From an uncultured Candidatus Babeliaceae bacterium (GTDB taxonomy: Bacteria > Babelota > Babeliae > Babelales > Babelaceae), in the NCBI GenBank assembly GCA_963704655.1, contig OY969927.1, positions 320,001-384,000 of the forward strand: a stretch of 64,000 nucleotides of DNA. The letters run 5' to 3'. Both the position numbers and the translations under genes were made by a program. The notes beneath the pieces were generated by a model. It saw only the letters and a list, made by a program, of their open reading frames with translations. It did not search any database and was not told the origin of the DNA. Position 1 is the first letter of the stretch; each line of letters opens with the position of its first letter. Shown here piece by piece: positions 50,261-58,789 of this stretch.

Positions 50261-50600
50261 GTTAGAACAGGAAGGCTTTGTTTTACTCGAGGCCATAGCT
50301 ACTTGTGCATTGGTAATGCTCACGTGGTATTTCATTACGCAATGTGCCGTGCAGGCGATCATGCTCGAACATCAGGTTGAAAAGAGAGCAACGGCTCTTG
50401 GCACAGCGTGCTCTGTTATAGAAAAATTACGTGCTGGGGTTTATTCTTTGAAAAATCAGACTATTACAGAAAATGGTATGCAGATTATAGTTTCTTGCGA
50501 GCAAAAATTATACGCTGAATTTTTGCATGTGGTCATGGTAAAAGTACTCAGTGATGCTCAAGAGTTGGTATGTTTAAAAACAGCGATATTAAAAACATGA
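50250..50600 (+). CDS. Type IV pilin-like/pseudopilin protein
   Basis: Class III signal EGFVLLE followed by a hydrophobic helix. Confidence 0.7.
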   Translation: MCRRLEQEGFVLLEAIATCALVMLTWYFITQCAVQAIMLEHQVEKRATALGTACSVIEKLRAGVYSLKNQTITENGMQIIVSCEQKLYAEFLHVVMVKVLSDAQELVCLKTAILKT

Positions 50601-51037
50601 GGGCTTTTGTTGCGGGTTTTACGTTGATAGAGTTACAGGTCTATCTTGGGGTAATGGCTGTTTTGGCGGTTATGGTCTGTCAAGTTGCACTCATGTACCA
50701 TAATCTCTATGACAAAATTTCTGTGTCCGCCCAGCATTCTGTTATGATGCTTGCTGCAATTTTTCAGGTTAACCAAGCTTTTGATCATACAGTTACGCAT
50801 AAAAAGAAAGATGCGCAGGAATCCGCAGGTTCTTTTTTGAAGAAAAATAAACTTATGGGCATAATGGGCAGTCGCCCAAGTGTTATTCTTGATGATGTTT
50901 CGTACTTTGATGCGAGCTTAGATATTCAGAATAAAATATTGCGGGGGGCAACTTTTACCTGTGACTATAAGGGTAAGCGAGTAAGCTGGTACCGTGCTGC
51001 GATCACAAGGGCATTTTCATGTTCATCATCTTTATAA
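50597..51037 (+). CDS. Type IV pilin-like/pseudopilin protein
   Basis: AGFTLIE prepilin motif; start overlaps the previous stop (ATGA). Confidence 0.75.
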   Translation: MRAFVAGFTLIELQVYLGVMAVLAVMVCQVALMYHNLYDKISVSAQHSVMMLAAIFQVNQAFDHTVTHKKKDAQESAGSFLKKNKLMGIMGSRPSVILDDVSYFDASLDIQNKILRGATFTCDYKGKRVSWYRAAITRAFSCSSSL

Positions 51038-51435
51038 CATTACTTGCTGCAAGCTTGGCCGCTGTTTCTGCGCATCTGTATACCGCTCTTACGCTACAGG
51101 CCCAAACAGTTGGGTATAGCGTACAAGCGGTTCAACTTGAGCAGTATACGCAGGGTGTTCTTGCTTACGCTATTTCTGAGGTTGCTCGTGTGGTTACTTT
51201 GCAGCAGCAGATTGAGCGAGAAAAGCAGGCTCATGTACTATGTGATATCTTTAATAATTCTTATGATGGCTTTATTCAGGGTGCAATTTACTATACAAGT
51301 GCTCCTGATGGGTATCTTATAGAAGTACGCATGAGCCGTTCGGGTGAATTTGTTGGTGGTGTGCGTGCCCATATTATGCGTGAAGTGGGCATAGAAAAAG
51401 TTATCTATTCCTGCGTGGCATTAGACGCTTTTTAG
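51019..51435 (+). CDS. Probable minor pilin (PilX/ComGG-like)
   Basis: Hydrophobic N-terminus; third gene of an overlapping pilin-like trio. Confidence 0.5.
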   Translation: MFIIFITLLAASLAAVSAHLYTALTLQAQTVGYSVQAVQLEQYTQGVLAYAISEVARVVTLQQQIEREKQAHVLCDIFNNSYDGFIQGAIYYTSAPDGYLIEVRMSRSGEFVGGVRAHIMREVGIEKVIYSCVALDAF

Positions 51436-51484
51436 GGTATACTAAAAAGTAAGATAATGCAGTATACACAGTGAGGATTTCTGT

Positions 51485-51928
51485 ATGAAAGTATTTTTAT
51501 TAAAAGATGTTGAACAAGTAGGCATGGCTGGCCAAATGATTAAAGTTTCTGATGGTTACGCAACTAATTTTCTTCTTCCAAGAAAGCTAGCCGTTGAGAT
51601 TACGCCAGAAAATGAAGCTCGATTTTTAAGCAAAATTCGTGTGGTTGAAAAGCACAAAGAGGTCGTTGCAACAAAGACTTCTATGCTTGCTGAAAAAATT
51701 AAGCACATCGAATTGAAAATTAAACGTAAGCTTGCTGAAGGCGATAAATTATATGGCGCTATTTCTGCTGGCGATATTGTAGAGCTTTTGGCTGCTGAAG
51801 GCGTTTCGGTTTCTAAGAACCAAATTGAGTTTGGTAAATCTATCAAAACAAAAGGTACTCACGAATTCACCGTTAAACTTTCAAGCACGTTAAAACCAAC
51901 TTGCAAAATTAAAGTATTGGCAGAATAA
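51485..51928 (+). CDS. rplI: 50S ribosomal protein L9
   Basis: MKVFLLKDV..G..G....V.DGYA.NFLLP. Confidence 0.96.
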   Translation: MKVFLLKDVEQVGMAGQMIKVSDGYATNFLLPRKLAVEITPENEARFLSKIRVVEKHKEVVATKTSMLAEKIKHIELKIKRKLAEGDKLYGAISAGDIVELLAAEGVSVSKNQIEFGKSIKTKGTHEFTVKLSSTLKPTCKIKVLAE

Positions 51929-51936
51929 TCTCATTT

Positions 51937-53310
51937 ATGCGAACATCATCTGCTATTGCACCAGGTGGAAAAAGAGAATTTGCCGACGCCGAAAGACTCC
52001 TGGGTAAATCTTTACCTTGTAATCTTGAGGCAGAGCGGGCTGTTCTTGGCTCAATATTATTTAATGATGAGCATCTTCCTGTTGTAAGCGAACTTATTTC
52101 CGCTGAGGATTTCTATTCTCCTGCGCATAAAGTTATTTTTGCTGCTTGTGTTGCTATTGTTCAAACGCAAAGGCGTATTGATTTGGTGACCTTGCAGGAT
52201 GAACTTGAAAAGCAGGGTACTCTTGCTCAATGTGGCGGGCTTGTCTACTTAGTCTCATTACAAGAGGATATCCCTCTTGTGGGCTTAGTGTCCCAGCATG
52301 CGCAGATTATAAAAGAGAAGTCGGTCTTGCGTCAGCTTATTCATTCTGCTACTCAAATTATTGGGCAGTGTTATATGCAGAGTGATAAGGGCATCGAGGC
52401 TATGCTTGATGAAGCGGAAAAGACTATCTTTAAAATCTCTGCACAGCGGTCGCCTTCTAATTTTGTGCAGCTGACTATTTGGTTGAATAAAACCTTTCAG
52501 CAACTTTCGCAACTTAAGGGGCATGGCAAGGGTATCACGGGCATAACATCTGGGTATAAGATTCTTGATGAGATGACCTCTGGTTTTCAAAAGGGTGACC
52601 TTATTGTATTAGCTGCACGACCATCTATGGGTAAAACTGCATTGGCGTTGAGTTTAGCTCGTAATGCTTGTCTTAATGGCGGTACGGTCGGTTTTTTCTC
52701 CCTTGAGATGGGTGCCGAGCAGTTGACATTACGTTTGCTTTCTTCTGAATCGCGTATTGCGCACCATGCTATACGTAATGCTTCTATAACTTCAGATGAG
52801 TGGATGGAGCTTGCAGATGTTGCTGGGCAACTTTCGCAGATGAAACTTTTTATTGATGATACTGCCATGCAGAGCATTATGGATATTCGTGCCAAAGCGC
52901 GAAAGCTTAAAGCGGAACATAATTTACAATTTCTTGTTATTGATTATCTTCAGCTTATTCACTCAAGCAAGGCGCATGAAAATAGGCACCAAGAAGTTTC
53001 TGAGATTTCACGTTCCTTAAAAGCGCTTGCCAAAGAGTTGGCTATTCCCATTGTGGCACTTTCTCAGCTTTCTCGTGCGGTTGATAGCCGTATGGACAAG
53101 CGGCCCATGCTTTCTGATTTGCGGGAATCTGGTGCTATTGAACAGGATGCCGATCTTATTATGTTCTTGTATCGTGATATTGTTTACAATAGTGATACGG
53201 AAGACCCACAACTTGCGGAACTTATTATTGGTAAGCAACGTAATGGCCCTACGGGGACGGTGTATTTGCACTTTCAAAATGAACTTACGTTATTTGAAGA
53301 TAAAGAGTAG
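51937..53310 (+). CDS. dnaB: Replicative DNA helicase
   Basis: AARPSMGKT, IDYLQL, LSQLSR, DLRESGAIEQDAD and KQRNGP motifs. Confidence 0.97.
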   Translation: MRTSSAIAPGGKREFADAERLLGKSLPCNLEAERAVLGSILFNDEHLPVVSELISAEDFYSPAHKVIFAACVAIVQTQRRIDLVTLQDELEKQGTLAQCGGLVYLVSLQEDIPLVGLVSQHAQIIKEKSVLRQLIHSATQIIGQCYMQSDKGIEAMLDEAEKTIFKISAQRSPSNFVQLTIWLNKTFQQLSQLKGHGKGITGITSGYKILDEMTSGFQKGDLIVLAARPSMGKTALALSLARNACLNGGTVGFFSLEMGAEQLTLRLLSSESRIAHHAIRNASITSDEWMELADVAGQLSQMKLFIDDTAMQSIMDIRAKARKLKAEHNLQFLVIDYLQLIHSSKAHENRHQEVSEISRSLKALAKELAIPIVALSQLSRAVDSRMDKRPMLSDLRESGAIEQDADLIMFLYRDIVYNSDTEDPQLAELIIGKQRNGPTGTVYLHFQNELTLFEDKE

Positions 53311-53336
53311 CCTGTTATAAAAAAGCAGGAGAGTGT

Positions 53337-53819
53337 ATGGTAGTATTGGGGATAGATCCGGGAACGCGTGTTTCTGGTTTTGTGATTTTTAAAAAAGAAA
53401 ATCGGCAAGTTTCTGTATTAGATTACGGTACATTAAGTATGCCGGCTAGCCAAGAACTTACTGACCGTGTTGCGGAATTCTTTTCTTTTTTTAAAGATAA
53501 AATAGAGAAGTTTTCTGTGTCTGATATCGCTATTGAAACGCCATTTCTTGGTAAAAACGCCTCTAATTATCTCAAGCTTGGATATTTACGCGGTGCTGTC
53601 TATATTCTTACTTCTCAGTATAAGCTTGTTTTACATGAATATTCCCCCCGTGAGGTTAAGTTGTCTGTTACGGGGTTTGGCGGGGCGGACAAAGAACAGG
53701 TTGCCCGTATGGTTCTTCGCCTGTTTCCGGGGTTTGTTATGCCGGCTAAATATGATCTTACGGATGCGTTTGGCGTCGGGATTTGCTGTGTTTGGACCGC
53801 GCGGATGGTACGGGTCTGA
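53337..53819 (+). CDS. ruvC: Holliday junction resolvase
   Basis: LGIDPG, IE, VTGFG.ADK and DA motifs. Confidence 0.93.
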   Translation: MVVLGIDPGTRVSGFVIFKKENRQVSVLDYGTLSMPASQELTDRVAEFFSFFKDKIEKFSVSDIAIETPFLGKNASNYLKLGYLRGAVYILTSQYKLVLHEYSPREVKLSVTGFGGADKEQVARMVLRLFPGFVMPAKYDLTDAFGVGICCVWTARMVRV

Positions 53820-53851
53820 TAATTTAAAGTGTAATTAATAGTTTTTCCCGC

Positions 53852-53895
53852 CCGTGCACCCTGAGTGTTCACCGTAAGGTGAATGTATCGAAGGG
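53852..53895 (+). repeat. Tandem-GA hairpin repeat unit
   Basis: CCGTGCA-CCCTGAGTG-TTCACC-GTAA-GGTGAA-TGTATCGAAGGG. Confidence 0.75.
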
Positions 53896-54042
53896 TTATA
53901 AGTTTATTGATTTTTTGCACTATTATTAAAAGAACTATTGATTTTATAGTCTTTTATCTTTTATAATTAAAGTAGTTATTGACAGTTGTTGTCATATTAA
54001 CCATTGTAAGGTGGACGAATGTCCATTTAAAAAGGAGATGTC

Positions 54043-54183
54043 ATGGTAAAGAAAACCTTGTCACATACAAAGAAAACTGCTTCTACGGCTAAACGTCGTA
54101 AAGTAGTTAAATCTACTAAATCAAAAACTACGGCTAAACGTAGTGCTAAGAAGTCGAAAAAAGGCTTTTTTAGCTGGTTTTAA
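54043..54183 (+). CDS. 46-aa lysine-rich, histone-H1-like small protein (below the ORF-track cutoff)
   Basis: AAGGAG RBS; MVKKTLSHTKKTASTAKRRKVVKSTKSKTTAKRSAKKSKKGFFSWF; own terminator downstream. Confidence 0.8.
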   Translation: MVKKTLSHTKKTASTAKRRKVVKSTKSKTTAKRSAKKSKKGFFSWF

Positions 54184-54189
54184 TCTTTT

Positions 54190-54219
54190 GCCCAGTTCTT
54201 AATTGAGCTGGGCTTTTTT
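54190..54219 (+). terminator. Intrinsic terminator
   Basis: GCCCAGTTC-TTAATT-GAGCTGGGC-TTTTTT. Confidence 0.88.
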
Positions 54220-54256
54220 ATCTCGCTCCGCTTCTGATAATTCGCTTTTATCCGAA

Positions 54257-54333
54257 TGGTTCGATACACCGTGCATCCTGAGTGTTTACCGCTAGGTGAA
54301 TGTATCGAAGGGCACGGCACTCACCATGCACGG
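54257..54333. repeat. Two nested tandem-GA hairpin units (plus-strand copy inside the loop of a minus-strand copy)
   Basis: TGGTTCGATACA[CCGTGCATCCTGAGTG...TGTATCGAAGGGCACGG]CACTCACCATGCACGG. Confidence 0.7.
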
Positions 54334-54538
54334 AAATTTATTGCAATTTTTTTAGCGCTACCGCTCCTTCATGCATGGACGTCCCTGCGCTCTGCGTTGT
54401 TAATCACAACGCTTTCTGCTTGGGCTCGCCATGATTCAGGGCGTACGCTCCTTACGCTACTATTGATTTCTGTCTCAAGTTTTAATTATAATTAATAATA
54501 GAAATATAATTTTATGATTATTAAGCTATTGGGATTTT

Positions 54539-55351
54539 ATGAAAAAACATTTTTTTATCGCATTGCTCTTTTTTATTTCAGGCATATCAGCTCACCTCAA
54601 TTATATTCTTCGTCCAATGTCGCCAGAAGTAAGGGAAAAGCAACTGATTAATGATCAAAAATATAGCACCGCTTATGAAATAATTTCTCATGGTGATAAG
54701 ACTGCCAATACCAAATTACTAAACCAGGCCCAAGTACAATTTGAAGAGATTATTGATGAAGCAAAAAAAGATCCTGAAGCGGTATCTGAAAGAACGCTTT
54801 TAGCTACTCAATATCGCCTTGGATTGCTTTATTACAATATAGGTGTTGTTTCACCACAAGAAGATATCTTTTTGCAAAGTTTGAATAAAGCTAAGGAGTT
54901 ACTTTTGCCCGTAACGCAAGCGGCTCCGGAGGCGGTCTTGCCATTTATATATGTGCATAGCTGTTATCTTATGGCTAATATATATTGGTTTGGTAATGAT
55001 AAAGATGATGAATACAAAGCAGAACGATTTTTTAGAAAAGTTATCGCATATGATATTCAACATCCAGAATTTAAGAATGACGATATGATTCGTCCTATTG
55101 TGGTTTCTACGCGCATAGCACTTGCAAGACTGTTAAGTTACCATGATAATTTTTTTAAAGAGGCTCAATCAAGGTATCAAGCTCTTTATTATGAGCTTGA
55201 AAAAAATCCAATTACTGACCCAAATAAAGCCGCTTATATTAAAGATGGACTTAATGCTTTAAAAGCGACATTGCTTAAAAAAATGCATGCACGTATGCCA
55301 CAGCAAGAAGAAAGTCGTGAAAGATATGCAAGACAGGATTTACGGATATAA
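54539..55351 (+). CDS. Hypothetical secreted TPR-like helical protein
   Basis: Signal peptide; YRLGLLYY and YLMANIY helical repeats. Confidence 0.65.
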   Translation: MKKHFFIALLFFISGISAHLNYILRPMSPEVREKQLINDQKYSTAYEIISHGDKTANTKLLNQAQVQFEEIIDEAKKDPEAVSERTLLATQYRLGLLYYNIGVVSPQEDIFLQSLNKAKELLLPVTQAAPEAVLPFIYVHSCYLMANIYWFGNDKDDEYKAERFFRKVIAYDIQHPEFKNDDMIRPIVVSTRIALARLLSYHDNFFKEAQSRYQALYYELEKNPITDPNKAAYIKDGLNALKATLLKKMHARMPQQEESRERYARQDLRI

Positions 55352-55415
55352 GTTTTATTGCTATTTGGGATAAAATAATGTCAGTTTGATGAAAAAAATG
55401 TATTTCTTCAAAAGA

Positions 55416-55807
55416 CCCGCTCACCCAGAGCGAAGCGTAGCGCAGTCGAAGGGTTGGGGATATAAGTAACTTATTATTTTTTAAAACCTGCAAAACCGTG
55501 CTGTATTAAAATTTCTTTTTTTCTTCGGCCTCAGCCTTTAATTTTTGGTTTTGCCAACCAAGCTTCATCTCGAGTTTGAAAGAGCTCCGAATAAACCAAC
55601 TTAACTGGGCGCCACGTAGATGTATAATTTTCGAATGCTCCCGATTGATGCTCAGCAAATCTTTTTTGAAGATCATCTGTATGACCTATATAATATGATT
55701 TATCATTGCAGCGCAATATATATAAATAAAAACCATTCATAATCATATTTTTCTCATTTATATCCCCAACCCTTCGACTGCGCTACGCTTCGCTCTGGGT
55801 GAGCGGG
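55416..55807. mobile_element. GIY-YIG gene cassette bounded by a perfect 50-bp inverted repeat (55416-55465 / 55758-55807)
   Basis: CCCGCTCACCCAGAGCGAAGCGTAGCGCAGTCGAAGGGTTGGGGATATAA and its exact reverse complement. Confidence 0.75.
55474..55746 (-). pseudogene. Small GIY-YIG nuclease (UPF0213-like) with premature TGA
   Basis: YLYILRC...YYIGHTDDL..R..EH; the frame continues IKG*GRRKKEILI to TAA at 55474, with TGA at the position of the usual Trp in IKGW. Confidence 0.8.
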
Positions 55808-55817
55808 GGCGGACAGG

Positions 55818-55972
55818 CGACTCGACGGAGTTTATACTGAGCCCTTCGATTGGTGCGTAAACGCACTATTTTACTCAGGATGAACTGCGTCGAAGTACTC
55901 AGTGTGACCCAGCCGTCGCCTCGGGTTTACTCCTGAGTAACGATAGCGTATTGAAGGGCTATGGCGGGCATG
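55818..55972. repeat. Cluster of nested tandem-GA hairpin and GGCGGGCA-type repeats
   Basis: TACTGAG[minus-strand TCCTGAG...CGAAGGG]GTCGAAGTA; TCCTGAG...TGAAGGG inside CCGTCGCC...GGCTATGGCGGGCA. Confidence 0.65.
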
Positions 55973-56016
55973 GGCGGGGGTAAATTACGATAATTATAGG
56001 TTTAAGAAAAACTCTT

Positions 56017-56170
56017 TTAAAACAAACCATCGCATTAGTTTGCACCAATGCGATGGAAAAAAGGAGAGTAGTAATGAAGCCTAGTTATATGCCCCTTTTG
56101 AAGGGGATGGCGGGGAAGACCCGCGCGTCATATGAAAACTTATAATTTCTCTAATAAAGCTTATTTATAT
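56017..56170 (-). ncRNA. Candidate structured sRNA of about 150 nt
   Basis: Promoter at 56177-56204; internal stems GCGGG/CCCGC and CCCCT/AGGGG; terminator CCATCGCATT/AATGCGATGG followed by T-rich sequence. Confidence 0.5.
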
Positions 56171-56176
56171 AGTATA

Positions 56177-56204
56177 ATTCTACCAGTATTTGTATCTTTG
56201 TCAA
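56177..56204 (-). promoter_or_regulatory. Sigma70-type promoter with extended -10
   Basis: TTGACA-N16-TAGAAT, with TGnTAGAAT. Confidence 0.65.
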
Positions 56205-56245
56205 CTCTTTTAAAAATGAAAAAGCTTATAGTTGCGGGCTCGATT

Positions 56246-57427
56246 TCAGGCTGAAATTTCCCGCATGGAAGAAAGGTTACTTTTTGGGATAAGTGGCACC
56301 TGATCGGGGGAATCGATAGTTATAAGATTAAATCCGCTTTGTTCCGCGCAAAGGGAGTATAAAAAGGCGTTAGGCTGGGGGGTGGTGATAATAAGCTGCA
56401 CCTGGAGCCCAAATAAGAGTTTTAAGAGCTTTTTGACCCGTATTTCATCAAAATCGGTAAGGAAATCGTCTATAAGAAAAAGAATAGAGCTATTACTGCT
56501 TGAAGTTAGATCTCCCAATAAAAGACGTGCTTGGGCTATTTTAAGGAGCATAACTGCCAATTTTTGTTGACCGCGAGAAGCAAATGAGCGAGAATTGCGT
56601 TCGTGTACTAAGAATTCGATATCATCAAGATGTGGGCCATAAAGGTTGCGCTGTGCGCGTAATTCATCGTTAAGAAGGTGTTCGCGCTCTTCTTGGGTGG
56701 CTATACTGCGCTTTTCATGATAATTAAAGGTTAAAAAGTTTTCTGCCAGGGGTGAGCCAGAAGAGGCTGTGTCGTATAATTTAATTATTTCAGTAATTTT
56801 TGTCTTTAATTGAGTTAAGTAATGTATCCTATATCGTATAATCTCATGTGAGGTAGCGATTAATTGGTCTGTCCATAGAATGTATTGTTCTTCATGGAAG
56901 CGATGCTCTTGGATGATCTTGGTTCTTTGATCAACGATCTTGCGTAATGATTTAAGTAAGTTATGGTAATGGGGCTCTTGAATAGAAAGGGCGTTATCTA
57001 TCATTGATCTTCGTGCTTCTGGGTAACCCTTAATGCATTGAAGGTCATCTTCTATAAAGGTGACCACTTTATAGCTTTTTATCAGCTCGTTATATGAGCT
57101 GATAGTTGCACCATCTAGTTTTATGACTCGCTTTTTGCCCGACACGCCGATAAAAAGATCGTCTGTCGTTGTTGTTATCTGGATAGTAAAACCGGAAACT
57201 CCGGAACCGGTAACTTCTGAGTTGTCATTGCATAATTCTATTGGTAAATGCGTTCTAAATGAACGCAAGTAACAGCCATAGTGAAGAGCTTCCAGTATTG
57301 ACGTCTTACCAGAACCGTTGCTCCCTTGAATAATGGTTACTCCCGGAAAATCGGTACCGGGAGTAATATTAAATGTAGCTTGCTTAAAGCAGCGAAAATT
57401 TCTGAGCGTGATACGTGTTACCGACAT
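56246..57427 (-). CDS. recF: DNA replication and repair protein RecF
   Basis: NFRCF, GSNGSGKTSILEA, GPHLDD, SRGQQK and LIDD motifs. Confidence 0.93.
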   Translation of the reverse strand: MSVTRITLRNFRCFKQATFNITPGTDFPGVTIIQGSNGSGKTSILEALHYGCYLRSFRTHLPIELCNDNSEVTGSGVSGFTIQITTTTDDLFIGVSGKKRVIKLDGATISSYNELIKSYKVVTFIEDDLQCIKGYPEARRSMIDNALSIQEPHYHNLLKSLRKIVDQRTKIIQEHRFHEEQYILWTDQLIATSHEIIRYRIHYLTQLKTKITEIIKLYDTASSGSPLAENFLTFNYHEKRSIATQEEREHLLNDELRAQRNLYGPHLDDIEFLVHERNSRSFASRGQQKLAVMLLKIAQARLLLGDLTSSSNSSILFLIDDFLTDFDEIRVKKLLKLLFGLQVQLIITTPQPNAFLYSLCAEQSGFNLITIDSPDQVPLIPKSNLSSMREISA

Positions 57428-57436
57428 ACTTTGTAA

Positions 57437-58561
57437 CTATCCTTGTGCCTGTGCTGCAGAAACTGGCATAACAAGATAAAGTCGGTTTATTTTTGGTGAC
57501 GCTGCTTCAAAAATAATAGGCTTTGTTGCAGAATGAAGATAGAAAGAGATATTTTCTTCAAAGCTTTGTACGCCACTTAAAAGATACGGTGCATAAAAAC
57601 GTACATCTATTTCATCATGGGTATAATCAAATAGCGGAACCCGTTCATTAAGCTTACCCACTTCTTTATTATTCATAACAACATGCACAGCATTATTCGA
57701 AAATTTAAACTGTGTTGCAATAAATTGGCCCGAAAGCAGACACGTAGAACGTTTAAGCGTTTTAATAAAATGTGCACGGTCAAGCTTAGCGGCATGGAAA
57801 CCTTCTTTTTGTAAAATAGGTTGATACTTTGGAAAAGTATCGACTAATAATTTTGAAAAGAAGTTAAAATGTTGCCCAGAAAAAACAAGTTGTGCTGAGC
57901 AGGTACCTACAAAGAGTGACGTGTCTTGGTATGAATCAAGAATCTTTTTTAATTCAAAAACAGCGCGGCGGGGTAATAACCATGACTGTGCGGTTTCGAG
58001 TGTAAATTCGGTAGAGCTTACTTGCGCTAAGCTGTGACCATCTGTTGCGGTCATTTTAAACATACCAGGTGAAACTTCTATAAAAAGACCATTTAAAGCC
58101 GGGTTTGAATTATTTTGTGGCACCAAGAAACTCACGCCCTCTAACATGCTTTTGAATGTCGCGCTTTCAATTTGCATGAGATTTTCTATGCGTTCCGGCA
58201 ATGGCGGAAATTCTTGTGCGTCTTTGATGTTTAATGATAAGTGTACATCGTCACAGGTTATATGTAGTTGGTTTTCATGTAACTCTAATGTGATAGTATT
58301 GCTCAGTTCTTTTACGATATCAAAGATGCGTTTTCCCGGAACAAGAAACTGTTCTGCTTGACGAAAATCGCTTTCAACAACACTGCAGCTTGCTTGTAAG
58401 CTGATCTCTAAATCGGTACTTTTTAATATTAACTCTTTTGCACCAACTTGGAACATAATGCAGCTTGTGGCATCAAGCGTTGTCCTGCGCGTACAAATAG
58501 GTTGCATAGCGGTTAAAATTGAGAGTAACTCTTTCTGTTCTATAATAAATTTTTTTTCCAT
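57437..58561 (-). CDS. dnaN: DNA polymerase III beta clamp
   Basis: TDLEI, ATDGH.L, FP.Y and LVMP motifs; lies upstream of recF. Confidence 0.95.
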   Translation of the reverse strand: MEKKFIIEQKELLSILTAMQPICTRRTTLDATSCIMFQVGAKELILKSTDLEISLQASCSVVESDFRQAEQFLVPGKRIFDIVKELSNTITLELHENQLHITCDDVHLSLNIKDAQEFPPLPERIENLMQIESATFKSMLEGVSFLVPQNNSNPALNGLFIEVSPGMFKMTATDGHSLAQVSSTEFTLETAQSWLLPRRAVFELKKILDSYQDTSLFVGTCSAQLVFSGQHFNFFSKLLVDTFPKYQPILQKEGFHAAKLDRAHFIKTLKRSTCLLSGQFIATQFKFSNNAVHVVMNNKEVGKLNERVPLFDYTHDEIDVRFYAPYLLSGVQSFEENISFYLHSATKPIIFEAASPKINRLYLVMPVSAAQAQG

Positions 58562-58719
58562 AACTACCTATAGTATTAAAAAAAGAATGGTAACTAGACT
58601 ATCTCATAGTATACCATAGCATAAGCTTTTTTCCTGTTAATTTTTTTTAAGTATTGATTTGTGTGCGCATACTATGTTCTAATAAAAAAAACATTCAAAA
58701 ACAATGGGAACACTCTTGT

Positions 58720-58789
58720 TTATCAAATTTACCGTGATACCGGCTTATCACAACTTGTTGCAACTGTGCCTGCATCTGGAATATTTTAG
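58720..58789 (+). pseudogene. Fragment of the FN3-like C-terminal domain of the downstream beta-propeller genes
   Basis: TATCAAATTTACCGTGAT...CAACTGTGCCTGCATCTGG (YQIYRD...QLVATVPASGIF*) matches 60003-60063. Confidence 0.7.

Noticed and set aside
54256-54495. 79-aa ORF
   Set aside because: Made up of palindromic repeats and the long hairpin; no recognisable protein features.
55275-55493. 72-aa minus-strand ORF
   Set aside because: Reads through the inverted-repeat arm and is antisense to the TPR-like gene.
55531-55533. TGA recoding (genetic code 4 or 25)
   Set aside because: TGA ends intact genes in this window (ruvC, mreC, recF) and Trp is encoded by TGG, so this is better read as a nonsense mutation.
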